The notes: generated by a model not told the origin, from the sequence alone. Positions 37,211 through 51,100 are shown, counted from the first letter of the stretch. The stretch: 64,000 bases of DNA from Felis catus (GCF_018350175.1 NC_058368.1:146446001-146510000); one strand, 5' to 3'. Translations and numbers: made by a program.

Positions 37211-39186
37211 CATAAGGCATTAGGTGCTCATAAAGTCATCGGAAAGCCTGGACTGCGCTGTAGTGGGCCTCTAGGGATGATCGACTTCAGGCAGCCATCA
37301 GAACCCAAGAAGCTACTGCCGTAACTCTAAGCCAGTTGCCAGGAAAGTCTGGTACATGACAGCCTCAGAATTGGTGAATGGCCATAATAATATGGATTCT
37401 GGCGTCTCCTCTGTTAGGAACAACTAGAACAGCTGCCTCTTGACAGACAAAAAGCTGAAAAATAGGCAAAAGACTCTGCTTAGAAAAGCCTTTTATTCTC
37501 CATTAAAACATTGCTTGCTGTCGGAGGAGGGAGGAAAACAATAAAACGAGTCAAGAAAATGTTCTTTGCTGCATTTTCACTTTCCAGATACCTCAACCAA
37601 TTTTACAGAAGCGAGTTTTTAGCTTAGCAGTTTTTACACTAGTGAAAATTTAACCCGGAAAGGCAAGCAGAAAAATCTACAGAATTTACCACAAAGCGTT
37701 TGAGGTTACTTAGAGACTGTTCTCGGCTCCATCATTCCCTATGTTTTTATAGAATTACTGTTTAAGCAATAGGAGTTAATAAAATTAAGTCTGTTAATGC
37801 AACAACGTGGATAGAACACCTGTTGTTTGTGGAGCATCATATAAGGTCAAGATGGGATAATACCAAAGAAAGGAAAAACTTGGTCTCTGTTCTGACAGAG
37901 AGTGTATGGTTAATGTAAAATGTATCTACTATGTGCATATGGTTAATATAGGTTAAAGTATGTTTGAAAGTTCTGAATGATAAAAGTAAGTTGGAAATGA
38001 ATTCAGATTCTTCATTTGGGAAGAGAGTTTTGAAAGAAGAGACTGTTTCTCTGAGAAGAGTAGGAAATGCATTTCTGGATGGGGGAGGACACAACTTATG
38101 TGCAGGGTGGAGGCAGGAGGAAATATAGTCACATGAGTAATTCTGACTGGTTGCTACCTGAGTCAGTATAGAGAAGCTATGGGGAGGAAAGTGCTAAGGT
38201 TGATGTAGTTGCTAAGTAGCTAGGAGGCTCAAATTGAGGAACTAATTTTTCTAGTGAAGTTGTTATGACTTAGTAAGATCATTGGGATAAGCTCTGAGAA
38301 AGGAAGTTAGGAAACAAAACTTGCAACGTTTATTTCATGATGCTGAAATGGCATCCAAAGGGCAAAAGGCAACGCTTTCATCAACTGCTGATGAGGTTTG
38401 ACTGAAAAGACACCATGCCACAGATATACAAGCTGCTCTCTTTCTTGTCTTTTTAAAGTACAATTTATATAGAGAGATGGTTTAAAAAGATAGTACAGGA
38501 CAGTATAAAATGAAAAATAAAAGCCTGTCTCATACACCCTCTTACCTTCTGTCTCAAGATTATTGCTATTGACAGGTTCTTAGGTGTCCTTTTGGAAATG
38601 GCATTTTTCTGGTGTAAAGATCACATATTCATGTACAAAATGGAATCACAGCATATGCAGAGCACTTACCCCATCCATTGAGTTCTTTTAATGTCAACAC
38701 ATTCTCGGTAATGGCTCCACAGTATCTTGTTGTACAGCTTTCCCATGATACATGTAATCAGTCTACTGCTATAGGATATTGATGCTGGACTTTTTCCCTG
38801 TCTGCTCATTTACCTCTCTGAGCTCACCCACTTTTCTCTCTGTGCTCACTCAGTTCCAACCACACCAGACTCCTGCCTGTTCTTCAAACACAAGAGTAGT
38901 ATTCCTGCAGAATGCTCTTCCTTTAGGTGTTGGTTTGTTCCCTTCTTCACACCTTCGCTCACCTTTAGACTTCTCCATGTTTGATCACACTATTCAATAT
39001 CATAATCCCATCCTACTCCCAGTCTACTTCCTTTTTAAAATTGTTCTCCATAGAACGTTTAATTTTCTAAAGTACTATGTACCTATTTATTTTGTCTCTT
39101 TTTTCACTGACATATGTTTCATAATGAGAGTAATTTTTTTTGCTTTATTTAATTGTCACAGATACCTTTATGAGTAAAGAGTTGTT

Positions 39187-39393
39187 GGGGCACCTAGGTG
39201 GCGAAGTTGGTTAAGTGTCCAACTTCGGCTCAGGTCATGATCTCGTGGTTAGTGGGTTCAAGCCCCATGTCAGGTTCTGTGCTGACAGTTCTGAGCCTGG
39301 AGTCTGCTTTGGATTCTTTGTCTCCCTCTCTCTCTGCCACTCCCCCACTCATACTCTGTGTCTCAAAAATAAATAAACATTTATAAAAATTTT
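39187..39393 (+). mobile_element. CanSINE
   Basis: Canonical body; AAGAGTTG on both flanks. Confidence 0.9.
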
Positions 39394-39594
39394 AAGAGTT
39401 GCTAGACATTTTATGTTCAGACAAATATATAACCCTAAAGAAAATTGTCTTCCTCATCAATATTATTTAATTATTGTTTAATCACATCCATACTCTAGAC
39501 ACTTCCCTTTTGATTCTCAAATGTCTCCTAAAACCATAGGCTTTTCCCTTAGTAAATGTTACTTAAATGCATATTCCTTTAAAAAGCATTATAA

Positions 39595-39794
39595 GGGGTG
39601 CCTGGGTGGCACAGTCGGTTAAGCATTTGACTTTTGATCTCAGCTCAGGTCATGGTCTCACTGTGAGTTTGAGCCCCGCATCAGGGTCTGCTCTGGCAGT
39701 GTGGAGCCTCCTTGCGATTCTCTATCTCTCCTTATCTCTAGGCCCCTCCCCTGCTCACTCTCTCTCAAAATAAATAAACTCAAAAAAATAAAAT
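39595..39794 (+). mobile_element. CanSINE
   Basis: GGGGTGCCTGGGTGGCACAGTCGG head, A-rich tail. Confidence 0.9.
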
Positions 39795-39808
39795 AAAAGC
39801 ATAATCAA

Positions 39809-39923
39809 GGAGTGCCTGGCTGGGTTAGTTGGGAGAGCATGCGACTTCTGATCTCAGGGTTGTGAGTTTGAGCCCTATGTTGAGTTTAAAGATTACTTAA
39901 ATAAATAAGACTTAAAAAAGAAG
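39809..39923 (+). mobile_element. Short old tRNA-type CanSINE with no CT tract
   Basis: GGAGTGCCTGGCTGG...GAGAGCATGCGACTTCTGATCTCAGGGTTGTGAGTTTGAGCCC...GATTACTTAAATAAA. Confidence 0.8.
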
Positions 39924-41440
39924 AAATCATAATCATAGCACATGCTAGACACCAGTTAAAAAAAATAACTCTTTATTAGATAAGTAAATCCTACCCCTTG
40001 TTCTAATAAAGGTATAAAAGTAATGTTTTCCTCTACTTTCATGATTATTCTTTAACACCTTTTTAAGGTAATACATGGCCTAGTGAGAGAAAACCATTTG
40101 ATTGCACAAAAAAGTTCTAATTCTAAGTGAAATTGTTACGTGTAGTAGTTTAGATTCTCTGTACCCAAAATTGATAGAAATAGTTATTTACACAACGTAG
40201 ATGATAACAGTAGACAGCATTGTTTCAATATTCAATAAGTAATAGTTTTGAGCATTATGACTGCAATAAAAATATATTAGTTTCACTTCAATTTTTTGCT
40301 ATTGCAAAATTTGCCACAAATTTCATCAGATCATTTGGAGTGACATAGCAGACTGCATCAGGAAAATCTCCAACTCTTTTGGCAATAAGTGTTTTCAGAG
40401 CTTCTAGATTTCTCCCCCTCATGGAAGCATTTGTTGTTATTAAGATAAAAAACTTAGATTAAATTATTTTCTTGGTAGCCTTGTATATTTTATTAAGCCA
40501 CAGCAAATATTTATTAATAAGGTTAATATGTTAACTTTTTTTTTTTTCAAATTAGTGTCAATGTTGGGAGAACCAACTTACCAACAAATTGATATCTCAT
40601 AAAACAAAGCATACAGGTGAGTTAGATTTGTCTATCTTACAGGCACAGGCATAGAGAGCTTATTCCATAGCATTAATTGGAATTGCAGAATACAGGGAAG
40701 GAACATAATATAATTGCAGAGATACAGTGTTCCCCAAAGAGTGGCCTCTGCCAAGCCATTTATTATCCATGATCAAGCTGCAGAGAAGTTGTAATGTGTT
40801 GTGATACTGTCCCTCATTACCCTGATTAAGTCACACCAAAATGGTACAAAGACCAGGAAACCAGCTAGACATTCTCCAGAGGCATTTATATTTCATCTTC
40901 GAGAGGTCCAGTTGATTTCTATGAGTTAGTGAATATTTCATTATCTAGTATCTATGATTTTTAAATAAAACAACCCTTTTAAAGCTAGTAATTGCAAATA
41001 TGTGAATTATATTTCTAATTGGAAAAATAATGAGTTTGTACTCATAAGCTGTTTCTTATTTTACATTCTATGCTTTCACACTTAAGAATTACTTAATTGT
41101 AAATTGTGCTAGGTGGAGATTTTTTTTCTTATTTGATGTCTGTGTAATTCTTGAATATTGTTAGGTGTTAAATGAGAACCCAATTATAAAACAAATTTAG
41201 TTATTCACTATATATGGCCACTAAAAACATTACGATTATCCTGTTAAAGCCTCTAGTCAGTTTTTCTCCATAGTAAATTCTAATGAACACTGTAAACTCA
41301 CAATTTTGCGTGAATTTATAAGCATTTAAAACCTCAGTGAAATTATGTATATATTTATCAACAATTCTTATAGCTTCTGTTCTCTGCCATTCTCAGGACT
41401 GAGGGTGTCAACACGAATAAGATACTTGTTCCTCACTAAG

Positions 41441-41921
41441 TATGGTAGCCTTGATAATTGTCCCCTAAGAGGTCCATGTGCTAATCTCTGGAATATGTGA
41501 ATGTTCACATATATGGTTAAAGACTTTGTAAATGTGATCAAGTTAGCAGCCTGGGAATATCCTGGGACTATTTTGGAGTATTGAGGTGAATCCACATGCA
41601 ATTACGTGTATCCTTATAAGATGCAGGTGTAGAGCGATTTGACACAGACATAAGAGGAGAAGACAATGTGATAATGGAGGCAGTGATTGGAGTGATGTGA
41701 CTCCAGGGCAGGGAATATGGCAGTCGCCAGGAACTGGAAGAAGGAAAAGATTCTTCTGTAGTGCATATAGAAGGAACTGAGCCCTGCAAATCCTTTGATT
41801 TTGGCCCAGTTATACTTATTTCAGACTTCTGGACTCCAGAACTGTGAGAGAATAAATGTGTGTTGTTTTCAGTCACCAAGTTTGTAGTAATTTGTTGTGG
41901 CAGCCATAGGAAATGGATATG
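41441..41921 (+). mobile_element. MaLR solo LTR (MLT1C-like)
   Basis: GTCCATGTGCTAATCTCTGGAA...CAGACTTCTGGACTCCAGAACTGTGAGAGAATAAATGTGTGTTGTTT...GCAGCCATAGGAAA. Confidence 0.85.
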
Positions 41922-42279
41922 CTGGCGTACTCAACATTTAGTGAAAGAGACACATGCAAAAACTAATAATTATGGTGCAGTGAGAGCCCCATCAGAGGTA
42001 TGCAGGAAAGGAAGGGGGAGTGCTGGGGTGGGGGTGGAGCATTAACTCTGGCAGATCGGGTTCTGTAAAGCTACTTAAAAGATGTGAACTGAGGCTTGAA
42101 GTAAAAATAAGTGTTTTTCAAACAAGAGCGTGCAAAAATGCAGAAACAAACAAAAAGTGTGGTGAATTTTCTAATACAAAACTGTACTTTGAAATGTATA
42201 TTCTATCTCAGGAAATATTAAGCCCTAAAATCATTTTCATTGGTGTTTTCAGTTTGACTTGTTATGTTTATCAAAGAAG

Positions 42280-42490
42280 AATACAAGACATAGGTGAGTC
42301 GCAGGGATGAAAAAATACAGCATGGGGAATATAGTCAGTAATTCTGTAATATTGTTGGGTAGCAGATGGTAACTACACTTATCATGGTGGGCATTGTGTG
42401 TATTAACATCGTTGTATCACTGTGTTGTACATCTGAAACTAATATGACAACTCTAATTGAAATATTCAGTTTTTTAAATAATAAGAGTGA
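42280..42490 (+). mobile_element. L1 3'UTR fragment (L1MA9/L1_Carn-like)
   Basis: TACAGCATGGGGAATATAGTCAGTAAT...CAGATGGTAACTACACTTAT...GTTGTACATCTGAAACTAATAT. Confidence 0.7.
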
Positions 42491-43517
42491 GGAAAAAAGA
42501 GTATAGGGCTGTGAAGCATTCTTGGAAAGAGTAATATCATATCTACTAAAATAAGGTAAAAGAATATTGCAATTCTAGAAGTAAAGAGTAATTATTATTT
42601 CCTGACATTGAAAATAGCTGAGAGAAATTATCACATGGAAATTTTGATTAGAAGATCTCAACAGTGCCATAGTTTAGTCAGTTGGGGAAAGAGAGATCAT
42701 TTATTCTAGTTATAGAAATAATTACCAGCCCCTCAAATCAACAGTTTTAATAAAAATATTTCTCTTCTCTTTTTCCATCTTATTTGGATTAGTAAGAACT
42801 TTGCCTAAAAGTTTTGGCCAATTGAAAAATAGAGGTTATTTGTCTGTGTTCTCTTGTCAAAATTAAACAGTAGAAATAGTAAGGGCGCTGAACAAAACAT
42901 CTGATAACTGTTAGGGGCTAGAAATTTTGCTGACTGGACAGAATTTGGATGAGTTTTGAAATCTGTTTGCAAAGTTGATTTGGATATTTAAGAGAAAATA
43001 ATAAAGAAAAGCTGTTATATGCCAAATGGAGACTTACTATGGTGTGCATCAGCTCTCAGTGATTTGGCTGTGAGAAGAGGGAACGACAAATAAGTTGTAA
43101 TATAAAGGACAGTTTGATTATCCAGGGATCACAATAAAAGTAAAAGTAAAAAAGGTAGAGCTATTGCTTTAAGTTCTTTTCCTAGAGCCAAGAAACTGGA
43201 TTAACTGATGACTCCATACTGAGAAGTTCATTCCTACACTTTTCACAGCAGTAGACATTATCAAACTTCAGGTCTGTAAGGAAGAGGCCAAATACTGGCA
43301 CTTCCCAAAGCACCAGGGAATAAGTGTTTAAATGATGTTTTAGCCATATTCGTTAAGCTTCCTATGGAAGCCCAACACTTGCTCCCTTCCTCAGCGTCTC
43401 CAGCTCACCTGAGAGCCATGCAGCTCACACACCCCCTCCTCAGACCCTCCTGGCCTCTGGCCCAAACACAGTATGTTGAATGAGGTCTGTCTACACTCCA
43501 GTTAAAAATAGTTTTGC

Positions 43518-43725
43518 GGGCGCCTGGGTGGTTTAGTCGGTTGAGCGTCCAACTTCAGCTCATGTCATGATCTCGCCTTCCGTGAGCTGGAGCCCTGCAT
43601 CAGGTTCCATGCTGACAGCTCAGAGCCTGGAGCCTGCTTTGGATTCTGTGTCTCCCTCTCTCTGACCCTCCCCCGCCCACGCTGTGTCTGTCTCTGAAAA
43701 ATGAAATAACTTTAAAAAAATTAAA
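43518..43725 (+). mobile_element. CanSINE with 14-bp TSD
   Basis: TSD AAAAATAGTTTTGC. Confidence 0.94.
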
Positions 43726-44740
43726 AAAAAATAGTTTTGCAAACTCAGCCAGTCAGGGAGGTCTCACTTCATGTATTATTTTGACAGAGGGTTTTCTGAG
43801 ATAATTGCCTTCAGTACGGTCTAAAAAACTTGGCTATTAATGCAAACAGACATAAACTGAGAGGGAGATTTGAATTCATTACACAACTGGCAATATTCTG
43901 CTTGTTTTTATGAGTGGTTCAGGAGACCTTTCCTATTGATAAAACTTTTAAAAATATTTTATTCACACACAGTAATTATGCTTAAATGATGGATGGCCCA
44001 TAGTTTGGGAAAATCTCTCTCTCATTACTCCTGTAAGCCTAGTTTCTGTTTGACCCTGTATATGTCAGTTGATACCTATAAAAATAACTGATAGAATAGT
44101 ATAGTCACCCATAGGAACAATACGTATGTAATATTCACTTACAGAAAGATTTCTTTTAAATAATTTATAATTTCTACTTCTCATTTTATTGTAAAACTGA
44201 AGACTTCTATGACTATCTTAAAAATATATGTTTCTCTTTGTTTTCTAATCAGATATCCAAATACTTCATGTACTTTGGTAATGTATGCCTCACTATTAAT
44301 TTTCAAGTTTTTTTTTTTTAATAAGCTGTGTCCTTTAACTATTTTGTTAACAAAAAATATAGTTCTATGCTGTCACTGTCTGCCTGGTTTTTACTCATGC
44401 CAGCCTAAGCCTGGGAAGTTCAGTCATTCAAAAGTTTTTTGGTCTGCTAGTCTCTAGACAATGAATTACTTCTGTTTGTCAGCCCTGACAATAATAGGAA
44501 AATTAGACTGAAAAGTAACTACCAGTTTAATCAGCCAGTATACCAGTGGGGATTTTGCAAAAGTCACAATTGTACTTGGGATACCGTGTTAATTTATTTA
44601 GAATTTCAACAAATCTTATCCTTGCTTCAACCTAACAAGATAGGAGGTAAATGGTCGAATGTCTGCATCATTGCTTTTTTTTTAAGTACATAAGTTGGGA
44701 CTGGCTTTTTTTTTTTTTTTAATTTCTGCAGCTCTGTGTG

Positions 44741-44743
<3 letters not shown>

Positions 44744-44772
<29 letters not shown>
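44744..44772. repeat. (GT)n microsatellite
   Basis: Read directly. Confidence 0.9.
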
Positions 44773-46399
44773 CACGTGCACATGCATGTGGAAGAAAGAA
44801 AATGCAGTTTTAATTATTCTAAAAAGGAAAGAATATGCTCTTAATTAGCTATAAGACTTCCCTAAGGTTGGGACATATTTGACATTAGGTAGTCACCTTA
44901 GTAAAGATTTTGACTGACGTAGTAATACAACTACTATCACCATCTAAATTAAAAAACAAACACAGTCTTGTAAAAAGCAGATAAAAAAATCATTTGAAAA
45001 TAAACTCATTGGGAACTCAGAAGATTGTCTGAGTCTTGGGCAATCATGTAGAATGAGATCTTGTTTACTTCCTGCTACTTTTACAGATGGAGTGGGAACC
45101 TGTTAAGTGATTTTTTACTGAAGTTGCTTCTTAGAACGATGTAGAGCAGAAGAGTCTTTTTTTTTTTTGGTGTACATACCTTTCCTATTCTAGTCCCTAC
45201 TGTGACTGAATTCCAAAGTCAACATTGCCCTTTTGTAGTGAAACTGGAAATGTTTCTGCCTCATAATCCAAACTATCATGTATTTGACCATATTGTGCTT
45301 TTAGGAATTGTAACTCTGCCTGCCTTCAGCCAGATTCTCTTATTACTAATAGGAAGTTTTCCTCCAAATTTCATTTTATTTAGTTATTCTTCATTATAGA
45401 ATCTGTCTCTAATTTTTTAAGGATAACTGAAAAAAATTAAATAATCCTTCTAACTAAGTTTGAATGATTTCACATTTCGTACTCTTTATACAAAAATCCG
45501 TTTTGGATCTATATATTTTATTAACATCACATTTTCCACTCTTCCATTTTGAACTGCAGTACGGTTTATTTCTTGAAGTTTTGCTTTGACAAGTGTAATT
45601 TTGTCTTTGCATGATGGGAGTTTTTAGTACTATGCACTTACATTTCTTTTTGTCATATAGCTTGTAATTCTTGCCAGAAAGCATGTTGTAATCTATTTCT
45701 TAAAGAGTATAGAAAGAAATAGAAAATCTAAAGAAGTATCTTAAGTAAGCATCCCTTGATAGTTTGAAACTAGCAAGCCCTCTTCCTTAATTGCTTCCCT
45801 CCATTCCCACAGGATTGGTAAGGAACTCTTAGCACTGTTCCATGGATCTATATATTTCATAATTAATAATACACTGTATTTTTAAAATCAGTAGATTTTA
45901 GGAATTATTAGCATAATTCTGTAGGTTAATCAAAGACAAAAGTTCATGAATATAGCTGGAAAATACTCTTTCAGGGGAAAGATTGCTCCCTATTTTTTAT
46001 TTGTTTTCTTCATGGAGATAAATAAAATTCGAGATTCTTAAGTGTATAGTTCTGTGACTTTTGGCAAACATATAATCAGGCTATTTCTGTCATCCCGGGA
46101 AAGGTTCTTCATGCCTGTTCCCAGTCAGTCCAGTCTTCCCACTCCCAGACCTGGCAACTGCTGATCTGTCCCAATAGTTTTTTTTTTTTTTTATGATGTT
46201 ATATCAAATCATATAGTTTGTAGCCATTTTGAATCTAACTTCTTTCTTGTAGCATAATGCCCTTAAGATTCTTCCATGCAGAACTGTGGCACTGTTACAT
46301 TGTTTTTAATGAGCATACTCCAGGTGTAGATATATTACATTTATCTACTTACCTTATAAATTCTTTCACTATTGATAATTATGTTATTATTATTAAAAT

Positions 46400-46865
46400 G
46401 TAGCTATTATTTCAAAGCACTTACTATGTGCCAGGTACTTTGGTAGACATTTACATAACTGAAAGGACTTAGTGCTGTAAATCGTAACATAGTATTTTTT
46501 AACAGCAGAGCCAGACTTTAAGTCTGAATCCCATCTCCTCTGCTTATTAGTTTTATAACCTCAGGCAAGTTACTTAACATTCTCTAGTTTTATACAAATG
46601 TGTAAAGGAGATGATAATCTCTATCACATAGGGCCGTTATGAGATTGAATGGATTAATATCTCTAAATACTTATAACAGTGTCTGGCACTCAAGTTCAGT
46701 AAATGTCAGTTATATTTTGTTATATACTTTCGAATAGCCATAAGAGTAGAAGTTAGTATCCCCATCTTAAATAAGAAATAGGCTTAAAAATTCAGACTTC
46801 CTCAAAATCATGTGATCACTAAAGTGACAGATCCAAGATTTTAACCTAGCCTTATCTGACTCCAA
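46400..46865. mobile_element. MIR remnants (a + copy at ~46500-46720 nested in a - copy)
   Basis: AGCACTTACTATGTGCCAGG; GGCAAGTTACTTAAC...GAGATGATAAT; TATCCCCATCTT...ATCTGACTCCAAA. Confidence 0.6.
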
Positions 46866-47467
46866 ACATGACAAGACTGCTTCTTATTAAATCCAAACCA
46901 CTGAATCCCTCTGACAATATGAAAAGCTGGACACTTAGAGGAACGCTTCTGCTAAAATACAAGAAAATGCTACATAAATTAGAAGTATATGTATTTTTTC
47001 TAGTACACACAAAAATGAATTTAAAGCTATGAGAAAGAATTAATAGCAAAGCAACAATAAGCTAAAGCCAACACAGGCACTTTGCTATGAGAAGTAAACA
47101 AACCCAAAAGTAGGGCTGTCCTGAGATAAAAATGCTGATTAAGCACAGTCACTGGAAGACTACCTTCGACCCCAAGTACCCTTGGGTAGTACACCCCCCT
47201 TGCTCTCAGTAGAAATAAACACAAATCCACTCTGGAGGCAAGTCCTCAGGTTTTTCAAAGAACAGGTTATTTTAATATTATCAAACATTTTTGGCAGAAT
47301 AAATGGGAAAACACTCCCTACTTATTCTATAAGGTAACATAACCTCGATTCTAAAATCTTCTCCCAAAGAGCAAGAGTTTGGCAAAGAATATTACAGACC
47401 AATCTTATTCCTGAACATAGGTGTAAAAATCCTGAATAGCATTAAGAAAACTAAATCTACCGGTGCA

Positions 47468-47662
47468 TTTTTTTTTTTTTTTTGAGAGAGAAAGAAAGAG
47501 CATGCACAAGCAGAGGAAAGGCAGAGAGAGGGAGACAGAGGATCTGAAGGAAGCTCTGCACTGACAGCAGAGAGCCTGATGTGGGGCTTGAACCCACAAA
47601 TTGCAGGATCATTACCTGAGCCAAATTCGGATGCTTAACTGACTGAGCCACCCAGGAGCCCC
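47468..47662 (-). mobile_element. CanSINE
   Basis: Poly(T)...GACTGAGCCACCCAGGAGCCCC. Confidence 0.9.
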
Positions 47663-48189
47663 AAGAGTAAGCTTTAACAAAAATGCTACAGAGATACCAA
47701 TAAATTTTGTTTTAGCAAAAATGTAAAATTCTGACAGTATCAAATTTTGAAGAAGAATTGATCAACAGGAACCATAAACATTGCTAATGGTAGTAGAAAT
47801 GAGTTCAAACCCTTCGAAAAACTATTTGGCCTTGTTGTTTTTAAAAACAACAACAACTCAAACATTCATGCACAGAATGACCCCAAAGTCCAAATCCTCG
47901 GCATATTACCAAAGAGAAAGTCTAGTATATGTGCTCTAAACATTTTATATAAGACTGTTCATAGCAGTGTTGTTTGTGTTTTATACATATATATGTATGT
48001 ATGTATATAGTATTTTATATAATATGTACTTAGGCATATAAAATCACAAAATATAATTTTTCACAGCAGAGAATATAAATGAGATAGATGAATCATAGTT
48101 ACTTAATGTTGAATAAAAGATGCAAGTCATAGAAGGCTAGATATAGTGTGATTTTGTTTTTAAAAAACTTAAAAAGAAAGCAGCATTTA

Positions 48190-51100
48190 TATATATATAT
48201 ATATATTTTTTTTTTTTTGCTTCCTGATTTTATTTTATTTTTTTTGAAACTTATTGTCAAATTGGTTTCCATACAACAACCAGTGCTCATCCCAAAAGGT
48301 GCCCTCCTCAATACCCATCACTCACCCTCCTCTCCCTCCCACCCCCCATCAACCCTCAGTTTGTTCTGTTTTTAAGAGTCTCTTATGCTTTGGCTCTCTC
48401 CCACTCTAACCTCTTTTTTTTTTTTTCCCCTTCCCCTCCCCCATGGGTTTCTGTTAAGTTTCTCAGGATCCACATAAGAGTGAAACCATATGGTATCTGT
48501 CTTTCTCTGTATGGCTTATTTCACTTAGCATCACACTCTCCAGTTCCATCCATGTTGCTACAAAGGGCCGTATTTCATTCTTTCTCATTGCCACGTAGTA
48601 CTCCATTGTGTATATAAACCACAATTTCTTTATCCATTCATCACTTGCTGGACATTTAGGCTCTTTCCATAATTTGGCTATTGTTGAGAGTGTTCCTATT
48701 GTTGAAAGTGCTCCTATAAACATTGTACAAGTGCCCCTATGCATCAGTACTCCTGTATCCCTTTGGCAAATTCCTAGCAATGCTATGCTGGGTCATAGGG
48801 TAGGTCTATTTTTAATTTCTTGAGGAACCTCCACACTGTTTTCCAGAGTGGCTGCACCAATTGGCATTCCCACCACCAGTGCAAGAGGGTTCCCGTTTCT
48901 CCACATCCTCTCCAGCATCTGTAGTCTCCCGATTTGTTCATTTTGGCCACTCTGACTGGCGTGAGGTGATATCTGAGTGTGGTTTTGATTTGTATTTCCC
49001 TGATGAGGAGCGACGCTGAACATCTTTTCATGTGCCTGTTGGCCATCCGGATGTCATTGTGGGTCTAGTTCTGGGGTTTCTATTCTATTCTATTGGTCTA
49101 TGTGTCTGTTTGTGCCAATACCATGCTGTCTTGATGATGACAGCTTTGTAGTAGAGGCTAAAGTCTGGGATTATGATGCCTCCTGCTTTGGTCTTCTTCA
49201 AAATTACTTTGGCTATTTGGGGCCTTTTGTGGTTCCATATGAATTTTAGGATTGCTTGTTCTAGCTTCAAGAAGAAGGCTGGTGCAATTTTGATTGGGAT
49301 TGCATTGAATGTGTAGATAGCTTTGGGTAGTATTGACATTTTGACAATATTTATTCTTCCAATCCATGAGCACAGAATGTTTTTCCATTTCTTTATATCT
49401 TCTTCAATTTCGTGCATAAGCTTTCTATAGTTTTCAGCATACAGATCTTTTACATCTTTGGTTAGATTTATCCCTAGGTATTTTATGCTTCTTGGTGCAA
49501 TTGTGAATGGGATCAGTTTCTTTATTTGTCTTTCTGTTGCTTCATTGTTAGTGTATAAGAATGCAACTGATTTCTGTACATTGATTTTGTATCCTGCAAC
49601 GTTGCTGAATTCATGTATCAGTTCTAGCAGACTTTTGGTGGAGTCTATCGGATTTTCCATGTATAAGATCATGTCATCTGCAAAAAGTGAAAGCTTAACT
49701 TCATCTTTGCCAATTTTGATGCCTTTGATTTCCTTTTGTTATCTGATTGCTGATGCTAGAACTTCCAACACTATGTTAAACAGCAGCGGTGAGAGTGGGC
49801 ATCCTTGTCGTGTTCCTAATCTCAGGGAAAAAGCTCTCTTTTTCCCTATTGATGATGATGTTAGCTGTGGGCTTTTCATAAATGGCTTTTATGATGTTTA
49901 AGTATGTTCCTTCTATCCCGAATTTCTCGAGGTTTTTATTAAGCAAGGATGCTGAATTTTGTCAAATGCCTTTTCTGCATCGATTGACAGGATCATATGG
50001 TTCGTATCTTTTTTTTTTTTTAATAATGTGATGTATCACGTTGACTGACTTGCGAATGTTGAACCAACCCTGCATCCCTGGAATGAATCCCACTTGATCA
50101 TGGTGAATAATTCTTTTTATATGCTGTTGAATTCAATTTGCTAGTATCTTATTGAGAATTTTTGCATCCATATTCATCAGGGACATTGGCCTGTAGTTCT
50201 CTTTTTTTACTGGGTCTCTGTCTGGTTTAGGAATCAAAGTAATACTGGCTTCATAGAATGAGTCTGGAAGTTTTCCTTCCCTTTCTATTTTTTGGAATAG
50301 CTTGAGAAGGATAGGTATTATTTCTGCTTTAAATGTCTGGTAGAACTCCCTTGGGAAGCCATCTGGTCCTGGACTCTTATTTGTTGGGAGATTTTTGATA
50401 ACCAATTCAATTTCTTCGCTGGTGATGGGTCTGTTCAAGCTTTCTATTTCCTCCTGATTGAGTTTTGGAAGAGTGTGGGTGTTCAGGAATTTGTCCATTT
50501 CTTCCAGGTTGTCCAGTTTGTTGGCATATAATTTTTCATAGTATTCCCTGATAATTGCTTGTATCTCTGAGGGATTGGTTGTAATAATTCCATTTTCATT
50601 CATGATTTTATCTATCTGGGTCATCTCCCTTTTCTTTTTGAGAAGCCTGTCTAGAGGTTTATCAATTTTGTTTATTTTTTCAAAAAACCAACTCTTGGTT
50701 TAATTGATCTGCTCTACAGTTTTTTTAGATTCTATATTGTTTATTTCTGCTCTGATCTTTATTATTTCTCTTCTTCTGCTGGGTTTGGGATGTCTTTGCT
50801 GTTCTGCTTCTAGTTCCTTTAGGTGTGCTGTTAGATTTTGTATTTGGGATTTTTCTTGTTTCTTGAGATAGGCCTGGATTGCAATGTATTTTTCTCTCAG
50901 GACTGCCTTCGCTGCATCCCAAAGTGTTTGGATTGTTGTATTTTCATTTTCGTTTGTTTCCATATATTTTTTAATTTCTTCTCTAATTGCCTGGTTGACC
51001 CACTCATTCTTTAGTAGGGTGTTCTTTAACCTCCATGCTTTTGGAGATTTTCCAAACTTTTTCCTGGTTGATTTCAAGCTTCATAGCATTGTGGTCCAAA

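Noticed and set aside
31059..50922. Antisense and alternate-frame ORFs inside both L1s
   Set aside because: Shadow ORFs produced by the A-rich L1 coding bias
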